Assembly (NCBI RefSeq): GCF_006345805.1 | Contig: NC_043010.1 | Coordinates: 49,910,001-49,974,000, forward strand | Reading direction: 5' to 3' | Source: Octopus sinensis | Lineage: Eukaryota | Length of the DNA: 64,000 nt | The notes under the pieces: generated by a model | Database searches by the model: none | What the model was told of the DNA's origin: nothing | What the model saw: only the letters and a program-made list of their open reading frames with translations | Shown here: positions 12,920 through 24,060 of the stretch, piece by piece | Layout of the letters: each line of letters starts with the position of its first letter | How positions within the stretch are numbered: position 1 is the first letter of the stretch | Made by a program: the position numbers and the translations under genes

Positions 12920-13092
12920 AGCTACTACACACTTTTTTTCTCTCCTTGTTTTTTTCTGTGTATCTTTCTGTTGAAGAGCGTAGGCTCGAAACGTAAAAGA
13001 CTTTTTCTATTCCTGAGCGCTATACTAATACATTTGTTTGTTTGTACTCCACCTGCCTTTGTCTTTTGTTTATTTTCGTAAACTTTCCCCTT
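12920..13092 (+). mobile_element. Penelope-type terminal-repeat fragment with variant hammerhead motif (copy 1 of 3)
   Basis: TCTTT-CTGTTGA-A-GAGC(GTAG)GCTC-GAAA-CGT-A-AAAGA at 12963-13000. Homologous copies at about 33265-33450 (+) and 35095-35290 (-). Confidence 0.6.
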
Positions 13093-13153
13093 ATATACAC
13101 ACATACATACATACATATATACAGAATTTAGAGACAAACCGCTATTTAGTTAT

Positions 13154-13283
13154 TCCATCAATAGTGAAAAGATATTATCTATAATAACCACATATGTTAT
13201 GAGATTTTTAGAATAAAAATTATAAGATATTTAATTAATTTCTGCGTGGTTATTATAGATAATATCTTTTCACTATTGATGGA
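13154..13283. repeat. Perfect 38-bp inverted repeat with AT-rich spacer
   Basis: TCCATCAATAGTGAAAAGATATTATCTATAATAACCAC at 13154-13191 and its exact reverse complement at 13246-13283. Confidence 0.93.
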
Positions 13284-13954
13284 TATATATATATATATAA
13301 TATTGTGAATCTTGATTTAGTGTGCGAAATTGAAAATTCTTTTCCTTGTTAGCTTGGAATTATTACATTCCCTAACTATTAATAATATATATATATATAT
13401 ATATATATATTATTTACATTTTTATTTGATTGAATGCCACTCATCCATTTCCAAGTATATATATATAGTGAAACTATGAAAAGTGAAACAATATAAAAGC
13501 GAAACTATTTTTACACATTAAAATAGAGATGTCATTTCACTTTTGACATGTAATACCAGAACAGTCTAAGAGATTGCTCTGGGCTCACAATAGGCAAGAA
13601 GTTGTGTCTAGTATTGAGTCAGGCAAAGGAGCCGAGCAGACACAGACATGATGAAGTAAGGCAGTTAAGGTACAATATTGAGGTACGTGTGTGTAACTGG
13701 GTGCAGGCATGAAGACATATGTGTATGAACGTTGAGCAGTGCAAGTTACAAAATAAGTAAACCAAAGGAGTACAGACTTGGCTGGCAGGAGCACCCGGAT
13801 TCTGAGAAGCTCAAAATTTAGAAGCGAAATACAAAAATAGGTGCATGCAAATGGCAGTTCTAGTCTCTATATACACAAGTATAAGTGACATGCAGATTCA
13901 ATGCAGGCTTTGAACATAAAGTATGTGTCTGCTGATGAAGTTGCGTGTGCGAGC

Positions 13955-14510
13955 CGCGAAATTTTTTCCCCACGAGAGTTCTGGACCCCAGCAATGAACT
14001 CATTTGCATACAGCCAATCAGAGCTCATATTGACTTGGTTGTCAAGTTCACAAACACTCCCCACCAAGTAGACTCAAGATAAAGAACGGTGTTCTAAGTC
14101 GACCGATTGCCAAGTTATGCCTGATGTTAGAAGGATACAAGTAATTAGATAGATCTGCTATATACCAATTATTGGATTTTGTTGGGGCCTCATATGGCAA
14201 AGATGTGGAAGGGGAAAATGTGGGTAGAGGGTGATGTGCTAGCATAACCCTCTCTCCCCTTACTGTTTTACAAAGTAAACAACAACACAAATAACTATGC
14301 AGAGGCAACCATGGTTGAAACAAAAACAAGAACAACAAGCATTATTAAAAGAGAAAAGAAACATGGTCATTCCTTACCCAAGGGACCTTATCTTATTGCT
14401 CATCACTTGTTATGTGCTCATAAATAAGTTTGATAGTTGAGCTCTGATTGGCTGTATGCGAAGGAGTTTTTAACTGGGGTCCAGAACTCTGGTGGGAAAA
14501 AAATTTCGCG
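13955..14510. mobile_element. Element with about 73-bp imperfect terminal inverted repeats (MITE-like)
   Basis: 13955-14027 is the reverse complement of 14438-14510 (shared blocks CGCGAAATTTTTT, AGAGTTCTGGACCCCAG, GCATACAGCCAATCAGAGCTCA). Confidence 0.75.
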
Positions 14511-15185
14511 TGCTGGCCTCCATATTATTGGGTGGATGGCTGTAGAAATGTTGTGTTTGAGGGCATCCATGCTATCAGCTGATTCTCTAGTGTACTGGTT
14601 AGAGTTCTAGAATGAGTCGCACACATACGCGTGTGTGTGTTTGTGTGTACATGTATGTATGTAGGTATATTTATGTCTGTATGTATGCATGCAAGCACCT
14701 GATTTTTCTTTTCTTTTTTGCGTGCATGTTTTTCTTTTTTTAATGAATGACTTCCTAAGTTGGCTGTCATTCCGTCCGTTATGACGACGAGTAACATAAC
14801 AGCCTGCTCGTATAATTAACGTAATTCCCTGGGAGAGTCAGCTTGACACCGACTGTAACGAGGTTGGCTCTTCGATACACAGGTACTACCCAATTTTGCC
14901 AGCTGACTGGATTGGAACAACATGAAATAAAGTGTCTTGCTCAAGGACACAACACACCGCTGGAAATCGAACTTCCTAGGTATTCAGATAGTAATTAAAT
15001 GATGCGAGAAATGGGTAATTATGAAAGTTAAACCCGCAAAATAATATTTTTTTTTAAATCGGGAAAAAAAATCTACGTTACACATTCTATGCCACACCTA
15101 AATTCATTAACCGTGAAATGAGGGTGGAATAACTCCACCCACCGATAAAGAAGAGAAGGTAAAAGAGAAAGAGAGAGGGAGAAAG

Positions 15186-15226
<41 letters not shown>

Positions 15227-15299
15227 TAGCTAGCTAGATAGATAGATACGTAAACACATGTATATTATATACACTCTTTGCCCAGATAAAAAAGCGCGG

Positions 15300-15930
15300 C
15301 TTTTCCTTACGAATTTCGTCGCCATCCAACGATTGCCTGCCTCCAATACCACGTGGTTGTAATCATTTCCAATCAAATCAATCACTTGCTCACATGTCTT
15401 CTAAGAGTTTCTCGGGCTGTCTCACTGTTTATATTTCTTAATTTTTGTACTCTCGAACCGACTCTAATAAACAAATTCTAAATAGCTATAGTCAACATTT
15501 TTTTTTTTTTGCAACGATTCTGTTTTGTTGTTTTCATAAAGTTATGGTAAGTTATACCTCTTGATCTTTTTTCTCTTTTTGCCTTTACAAGTATTTCTAT
15601 TTCCGTACTTGATAATTTCAACACTTCGTCTTATATATTATATACGCTTGTATTAGTAGGGGCGTGTCTCGTCTATCCTCTAACCCAAGACGCGGTTGCA
15701 ATTTTTTTTACGCATTAATCTTCTTTAAGACTTTAACAACAAATAAAACATTAAAACAGATAAATAACTGCAATAGGATCTTACATGTCTGGTAGTAGTT
15801 TCTCTTATCAAAGTTTTAAATAAACTCTAGAAGGTTCCGCCCGAAGTCTAAGACCTCCCCTCGTCTCACGTCATGAATGATAAATATTCTTATCCGCTTC
15901 TTCGTTCGCCCGTTATACTTTAGTTAGTTG
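15300..15930 (-). promoter_or_regulatory. Candidate promoter / non-coding first exon(s) of the HSD3B-family gene
   Basis: Apparently non-repetitive, CpG-containing island. Motifs: CCAAT (15343, 15369), CACGTG (15350), GGGGCGTG (15659), CCGCCC (15837), TCACGTCA (15866). Minus-strand donor-like sites CAT|GTAAGA (exon end 15785) and TTC|GTAAGG (exon end 15311). The link to the gene is inference. Confidence 0.42.
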
Positions 15931-18765
15931 GAGAGATGTAGTAAAAGTGTGTGTATGTGTGTGTGTGAGAGAGAGAGAGAGAGAAGGGGAAGGGCAGTGA
16001 GTAGAGAGGGAAGGGCAGTGAGTAGAGAGGGGAGGAGTGAGTTGAGAAAAAAAAGAAGTGAGGAAGAAGTAGAGAAAGATGTGTACGGTCAAATGCGTCA
16101 AGTGGTTATTTGACGACCGAGGAAAAGAGAGAAGAGGGAGAAAGAAAAGAAGGAGAGAGAAGTGTTAACGACATGATGTAAGGCGGGGAAAGAAAAGTAG
16201 AGAGAAAAAAGATATTCTTAGGATACAATATTTAGCAGAGGATGATGTTCTGGTGGTGAGGTTAAATAAAGGCAGATTGAAAGAGATGGACAGGGGAGGC
16301 TGTTACATTAAGAGAGGGAGGGAGGGAGGGAGAGAGAGAGAGAGAGAGAAGGAGGTAGTAGAATGAGAGAGAGGATGAGGGAATGTGAGTGAGTGAGAGA
16401 GCAGATAGCCAACCGATGCATTATGCTGTCACTCATGTGGTTTGTGGAAGTGGGAGGTAAAAAGAAAGAGAGAAATGTTAATGGCATGAAGGAGGGAATT
16501 ACATACTCTTTTACTTGTTTTAGTCATTTGACTGCGGTCATGCTGGAGCACCGCCTTTTAGTCGAGCAAATCGACCTCAGGACTTATTCTTTGTAAGCCT
16601 AGTACTTATTCCATCGGACTCCTTTGCCGAACCGCTAAGTTACGGGGATGTAACCACACCAGCATCGGTTATTAAGTGATGTTGGGGGGGACAAACACAG
16701 ACACACAAACACACACACATATATATATATACATATACATATATATACGACGGGCTTCTTTCAGTTTCCGTCTACCAAATCCACTCAGAAGGCTTTGGTC
16801 GGCCCGAGGCTATAATTAGAAGTCACTTTGCCCAAGGTGCCACGCAGTGGGACTGAACCCGGAACCATGTGGTTGGTAAGCAAGCTACTTACCTCACAGC
16901 CACTCCTGCGCCTATGGTTAAAAAGTTTGTTGAAGAGGCAGAGAGAAAGAAATATAAAGTGCTTAGCAGAAGGAAATTTTAAAATCATATAATATACTAT
17001 TGTGACTAGAAGTGAAATAACTTAGCAAAATAAAGATAAGAATGCAAATCATCCTTTCTTTCTTAAACAGCTTCTCTTAATCTTTTCCATTCTGTGATAT
17101 TTCCACGGGTCCCACTAGTATCAAAGATAGAATAAGTATATAGTTTGTGGCTGTGTGGTAAGTAGCTTGCTTATGAACCTTATGGTTCTGTGTTCAGTCC
17201 CACTGCGTGGCACCTTGGGCAAGTGTCTTCTACTATAGCCTCGTGCCGACCAGATGCTGAATGGATTTGGTAGGCGGAAACTGAAAGAAGCCTGCCGTAT
17301 ATATGTATATGTATGTGTGTTTATGTGTTTGTGTTTGTCCCCCAACATCGCTTGACAACCGATGCTAGTGTGTTTACGTTCCCGTAACTTAGTGGTTCGG
17401 CAAAAGAGACCGATAGAATAAGTACAAGGCTTACAAAGAATAAGTCCTGGGGTCGATTTGCTCGACTAAAGGTGGTGCTCCAGCATGGCCACAATCGTTG
17501 TATATATATGTATATATGTGCGCGCGCGTGTGTGTTATGTAATTTCAAATTCTTTAATGAAAAACTCCATAATTGAGCAACAGCCCCCCCCCCCCCCTCC
17601 GCTACCCCATCCCGCTGTCTAAAAGTGAAAATGAACGGTTGTTTTGTCTGTTTCCGCATGCGTAGATTTATAGTGAAACAGTAAAAGGATCACGGCATGT
17701 GAAGCTCTCACCACGAAACTCGATGTTTTTTTGCTCCATATTCTTAATCTTCGTATTTTTTCACGTAGATTGAAAAAAAAAAAAATTTCGGAGAAAAGTT
17801 AAAAATTAAAAATTTGGGAGTGAGGGAGTGGAATTAAAAATTTTGAAAACGTGGTTTTTTGCATATTCTGTATCTCCGTCATCAATAACATAAGAATCCG
17901 GTAAAAGAAAAATTTTTGGTGACCGGGCGCTAAACTAGATCCTGAAAGTTATGAGGTTAACAAACGGATCGTGTGAACTTTCCGACAGTCCTCACGCCCC
18001 ACTTCGGAAAACATTTTCCTTACAAATTTCCTTATAATCGTAATCTAAGCTGTTTGAAAGGGGATTCTGTGAAATTTCACCAGAAGATATCCGTTTTCTT
18101 AAAAGTTATGAGGGGATGAAAAAAAAACAGATCGTGTGAATTTTCTGACAGTCCTCGGGAAAAAATGTCTTTATAATCGTAATTTGTGCCATCAGAACGG
18201 TATTTCTATAAAATTTCTTCAATATTTTATCAATTTTCCTCAAAGTTATCAGGGGAAAATCGGATCTTGTGAATTTTCCGAAAGTTCCCACCCTGCCACG
18301 TGCGTTTGCGCAATTTTTTTTAATCATATTCGTTTTCTACACAGTTTTTAACACCTAGCAGCCCCTTTTTTCTGGTTTCGTTAATGGGAGTCAATTTTTA
18401 TATTAACCTAACTGCGTAGATTATATTTAGAGTTAAAATAATTCGCATAAGTCGAGCAATTTGATCTCAGTTGCCTCCATCACGGATGTACAAGCGTGGT
18501 ATGTGTGGCTGTGTGTGATTGAGTGAGTGAGTGAGTGTGTGTTTATATATATGTATATGTGCGTGACTGGGTGTGTGTATAAAATAGCACAAATACAAAG
18601 AGTCAAATATTTGGACAATGTGAGCTATTACAAGAGACAGACAGAAATTCAGAATTTGGTGGACAAATGTAAACACACACACAGACTCACACACACACAC
18701 ATATGCACACACACACAAATTAACATAAAATCGTTACAATGAACTGTTTGTCGAAAAAAAACCCA

Positions 18766-19010
18766 AGTAGACTGACGTTTCAGATGGATTTCTTATGAGA
18801 GTAGAATAAGAATAAAATAAGGAAAAAAACAAAACAAAAGGAAAAAGGCACAAAAAGATAAATAATGCCTGCTTAGAACAGTACGCGCGCACACACGCAG
18901 ACACATACACACTCAAAAGTTAACATCAAATGTTGTCTACAGCGAATTTTATGCTGAAAAAACAAAAGGAAAAGTAAACGGACGTTTCGGTTGAATCCTT
19001 CATCAGAATA
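18766..19010 (-). repeat. Two tandem, diverged hammerhead-like motifs 207 bp apart
   Basis: Minus strand CTGATGA-A-GG(ATTCAA)CC-GAAAC-GTC at 19006-18981, and the related ACT-CTCATAA-GA(AATCCA)TCT-GAAAC-GTC-AGT at 18802-18771. Confidence 0.45.
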
Positions 19011-19246
19011 AAGTGAGAAAGAAATAAGCAAGAAAAAAATGGGAAAATAAATTATACCTGTTGAAAGCATTACGCGCGTGAGCACACACACACAGACAAA
19101 CAGTCACTAAATCACACACACACACAGACACACACACACAGATACACACATACAACACACACACTGACACATGACAATGGAACAGCCTGTTCGTGAAATT
19201 GACGTGAAAGTGGTTGAGCACTCCACGGACACGCGTACCTTTAACA

Positions 19247-19617
19247 TTGAGATGATGGCGTCGGTGCTGCTGGAGCAGGAACATGGTTGGGTTGCTGGAA
19301 CTAGCTGGTCTGGTCGTCGCTAGAACTGGAACTGGCTGAGTCGCTGGAACATGGTTGAGTCGCTCTGTGGTCAGAGGTTAGTCCTGAGAAGGACTAGAAC
19401 CCAAGACGAGAAATAGTGATTTGCTGGCGCCTTTTATAAGATGGGCTCCAGTGAGAACTCAAAAAGACAGTGCCATGGGACCTTATTCGAAGGCCGTGAT
19501 TGGTTGGCTTACACACTGGCGTGAAATAAGTCAGGAGACAAACTGTGCCAATGCCAACCAATCAGAGTAGTGGACAAAACAGGGTCCAAAATAGCCGAAG
19601 ATGGTTGCTATCTAACA
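19247..19617 (-). mobile_element. Possible truncated solo LTR
   Basis: Minus strand begins TGTTAG, with CCAATC at 19503-19498, TATAAAAG at 19438-19431 and a short-repeat-rich downstream part. No terminal CA or TSD is found because another repeat abuts it. Confidence 0.48.
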
Positions 19618-19700
19618 CGAGATCATTTCTAATATATCTCTCAAACAGTGAGGATATCACCTAGCTACGCTACACATACATACATACATACATACATACA

Positions 19701-19732
<32 letters not shown>

Positions 19733-19853
19733 CGCGTTGTTTGTTTGGTTAGACAGTTACGAAAGTGACTCTAGAGCCGGGAGTTTCATGTATGGCGACT
19801 ATCAAATTAATAATACATCTCTGAAAGAGATGTAAACAGTAACCGCTCGACAA

Positions 19854-20019
19854 TATAAAGTATTATAGCCATCTCAATATGGCTAACCACAAAGGGTGAT
19901 TGTTACTGTAGGTTTTAGCCCCTAAAGCCAGCTGGAGACGATGATCTCATGGGGCTAAAAGCTACAGTAACACCCACTCTTTGTGGTTAGCCATATTGAG
20001 ATGGCTATTATACTTTATA
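19854..20019. repeat. Hairpin MITE, 69-bp arms, TA-flanked
   Basis: 19854-19922 vs 19951-20019 are near-perfect reverse complements around a 28-nt loop. Confidence 0.9.
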
Positions 20020-20994
20020 GACTATCAAAGTGCTGGTTAAAAACTAATAATAGACACACTCCTGCATTAAGTTCTGTCTCTCCTGTTGGCTCTATCAAAC
20101 AAGGGGCCGCTGAAAAGCTCCTGGCTTCGAGTAAAAGAAAATACAGGAGGATCTGTTAATTATGATTTTATTCAACACGAGCAAAACACCCCCAGGCCAA
20201 TGGACGGTGCTGAGTTGTCAAACATTTAAACCGAATTTTCTCAAAACAACTTGTCCGACCGTCCCGTAGGCCTCCCCTTTAAGAAACACTGATTTAACCT
20301 AAATTTGAGACACCAGCAAAAGAAGAAATAAAGATGGAGTTTTTCTCGCGTACGCGTAGTATCGATCGCAACAGCTGATGTACTTGCGCGTACAAATGCA
20401 CGGTCCCACAGCTTTATCGATCGCATTCTCACCTGGAATCGATTTTTGTAACTTTTTCAAGACTTATACACGCCCTGATACCGTCGGTATCTACATATCA
20501 AATTTGAGCGCAATCGGATGGAGGATGCCCGAGATCCTAGAAGACACACACACAGACAGACAGAACGGATTTTATATAATAGATATTCCCTTCTCAGATT
20601 TACACACTTATTGCGGCGGTCCTACAGTTTTTCTAAACCCTGTAAAAGAACTCGGAAAGTTGGGGCTTTAACCAGGCTTCTCGCCAGACCCTTAAAGCTA
20701 GTAACTTTTCGGTAACCCCTTGCATACTCGCATGTATACCGAATACATACATCTGCATACGTGTATGCGTGTGAGTGTTTGTGTATTATGCTTGTGTATG
20801 TCTAGCACGTACGTGCCTTGTTCCGAGAATCTCTGCTGAAATTGAAAACCTATTTTCGATATCTTGAAAAAAAAAAAAACAAGACTATTCACTTTTGATT
20901 TATTTTTCGTGTCAACATTTTTGTCACATGATCACTTGTATATCAACAAAGAAATGAATAATGTAAATAGTTGACTCGCTGTAATTGATACTCG

Positions 20995-21019
<25 letters not shown>

Positions 21020-21028
<9 letters not shown>

Positions 21029-21139
21029 TGTATGTATGTATGTATGCATATATGTATATATGTATGTATGTATGTATGCATGTATGTATGTATGCATGTA
21101 AGTATGCATGTATGTATGTATAAATATATATATAGAGAG

Positions 21140-21189
<50 letters not shown>

Positions 21190-21202
21190 GTAGGTAGGTA
21201 GG

Positions 21203-21285
<83 letters not shown>

Positions 21286-21306
21286 GTAGGTAGGTAGGTA
21301 GGTAGG

Positions 21307-21383
<77 letters not shown>

Positions 21384-21385
21384 GC
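21020..21385. repeat. Compound microsatellite (TATG)n(TA)n(GATA/GGTA)n
   Basis: Seen directly. Similar compound tracts occur at about 5560-5880, 8770-8945, 12380-12610, 30170-30410, 38880-39125, 43160-43480, 45130-45375 and 53590-53930. Confidence 0.97.
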
Positions 21386-21627
21386 ATATACGTACTACAT
21401 CTGTCTGTATGTTTATGTATTTATTCTTTTAGTTGTTTCAGTCATTTGACTGCGGCCATGCTGGAGCACCGTCTTTATTCGAACAAATCGACCCCAGGAC
21501 TTATTCTTTGTAAGTCTAGTACTTACTTTATCAGTTAATTTTTGCTGTACCGCTAAGTTACGGGGACGTCAACACACCAACATCGGTTGTCAAGCGATGT
21601 TAGGGGACACACGCAAACGCACAAATA

Positions 21628-22529
21628 CATCTACTACATATGTGGACATCTATGGATGTATTTGTGGCGTTGTTATCTAACTCCTCCTACATCGTTTTAT
21701 CGATTTTGTTGAAACTTGACACGTGAGTAGAAATCTTGTCTGGAAAACTAGTAACATACTTAGATTGTCGAAAAAGTCGATAATAGGGCTCCTGGAAGGG
21801 ATTATTATATCTACTACATATAACTAATATATTATTTTTAAACATCCAAGGAAAATAACCCATTTACTCCAGAAACAGATCCTTATATATTTATATAGCC
21901 AAGGGAAATAACCCATTCATTTTCGTAAATTATTTCGTATAAATCAAATTGAGTATGCTTATTTCTAAGTATTTGAACTGTTTGAGTTATTTTCGCAATT
22001 TATCCAGTAGAACGCTTATACAAGTAAATAGTATTTTCCTAAACAATAGATCCACTTATTTCGGTTAGTGACTTATTCACGAATATACCAACACTAGCGC
22101 CGCTGAGGGTAATATTCTTTGCGAAAGCACAAAAACCCTTTTCAGAGTTATTTACTCGGAATTGTTATTATCTCATATCTGATTAGCCTGTTATTACGTA
22201 AAATGCTTCACGATTTTTGTATACATACCTTATTAGTATTTCCTCCTATGTTCTATATACTCTGGGAACATATTAAGGCACTTTTCGGGGCTACTTTATT
22301 TGAATTCTTACTATCGGATAATTAATTTCATGTTACTATATAACTGACTTCACAATTTAGGTATTCATAACTTATTGGGAATTCCTAAAAACACGATACT
22401 GTGTACGACAGTTTGGTATTCTCAATAAATGCACAAAAACCGCTTTAAGGGCTACATACTTTGTATTGTTATTGGATTAGTGAAACAATTATGAGAACGG
22501 AACCGGGAATTATCGGGTACGTCAGCTAG
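21628..22529 (+). mobile_element. Longer Helitron-like element; partial inverted homolog at about 29490-29930
   Basis: A|TC start, degenerate CCG..CGG hairpin then CTAG|T at 22526-30. 21640-22150 aligns in reverse to 29490-29930 (e.g. CCAACACTAGCGCCG[C/T]TGAGGGTAATATTCT). Related ends occur at 20430-20584 (-) and from 62545 (-). Confidence 0.6.
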
Positions 22530-23025
22530 TACATACATAATACATACATACATACATACATACATACATACATACATACATACATACATGGCAAGTGGGC
22601 CCCTGCGCCGAGTTCATATATGGGGGTCCATGTTAGTATCTAAGGGGCCCATCCCCTCAAGTTTGAGAATATTTTATTCACTCCTGGAAGAATGCATTAA
22701 TTATTTTAGCCTGGCTGTGCTTGTAGACAGTTGAAAAGAATACTTTTAGCAAAAAAATAAATAAATTATAGCATTGTAGTTGCGGGTGGGTCCCTTTGCA
22801 GTTGTAGGTGGGACCCCTTAGTCTCCTGGCAACCCATATTTTTAGACCCAGTCCACCACGGTATTTATACATACACGGCGGGCTTCTTTCGGTTTCCGTC
22901 TACCAAATCCACTCACAAGGTTTTGGTTGGCCCGAGGCTATAGTAAAAGTGCCACGCAGTGGGACTGAAACTGGAACCACGTGGTTGGGAAGCAAGCTAT
23001 GTGTACACATACATACATACATACA

Positions 23026-23092
<67 letters not shown>

Positions 23093-23574
23093 GATATATA
23101 ATTGTTAAAGAAGACAACAAACGTTAATGCAAAACAAACATCTCAAGTCGTATACGTTATTATTATTGTAAGTCTGGATTTTTTTCTATAATAATAACGT
23201 TTATGATTGGAGATGTTTGTCTTGCCTTAACGTTTGTCGTCTTCTTTAACACAAACATACATATATATATATACATATATACGACAGGCTTCTTTCAGTT
23301 TCCGTCTACCAAATCCACTCACAAGGCATTGGTCGGCCCGGGGCTATAGCAGAAGACACTTGCCCAAGATGCCACGCAGTGGGACTAAACCCAGAACCAT
23401 GTGGTTGGTTAGCAAGCTACTTACCACACATATATATATAAATATATATATATATATTGGCCTGCTCGCTTAGCCAGCAGGGTGGAGTCATTTGAAGGCT
23501 AAAACAATGCGAAGCGCATTGTGACCAGCGATGTGTAGCAACATCTGATAGCCTGGTCGGTCACGGTGATCAAG

Positions 23575-23626
<52 letters not shown>

Positions 23627-24060
23627 TCTCTATATATATGTGTATATATATATGTGTGTGTATGTATGTATGTATGTATGTATATCTGTCAATGGAATTC
23701 TCAGATTACTCAGTTTCAAGTACCATTGTCATAATTGACAGCAAGGTACATTAATACATACAGAATGGCCTAAATTAGGTACACACTCTACAATTTATTT
23801 TTATTTTAGTATGCTATTTTTTATGTTTCTTTTTTCTTCTTTTTTTTTTTTTACTCAGAATAGTTAAAGGTCGCATAAAAAATTCAATAGTTTCATAGTA
23901 TGTACGAGGTGGTATCCAAAGGTTCCCGGACTAGTTATGTTTAATAAAAAATAATTTCTTTATCTAAGAGATAAGGAATTCTGTACATTATTTACATTAT
24001 TTACATTCGACGGATATTTGTCCTCCTTGTTTGTTGCTAACCACTAGGCCATATGCTCAT

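Noticed and set aside
13932-13966. CTGATGA...GCGAAA as a hammerhead
   Set aside because: Helix II is irregular, no helix III or helix I can form, and the GAAA belongs to the adjacent TIR.
19003-19284. ORF MFLLQQHRRHHLNVKGTRVRGVLNHFHVNF, superficially like a ribosomal protein L9 N-terminus
   Set aside because: The segment is a copy of an interspersed repeat also at about 42150-42230 and 45375-45470, flanked by microsatellite; there is no splice support.
20932-21387. Long repetitive ORFs ([16 protein letters not shown] types) throughout the ORF track
   Set aside because: These are translations of (GATA)n, (TACA)n, (TG)n and (ATG)n microsatellites, which lack stops in some frames.
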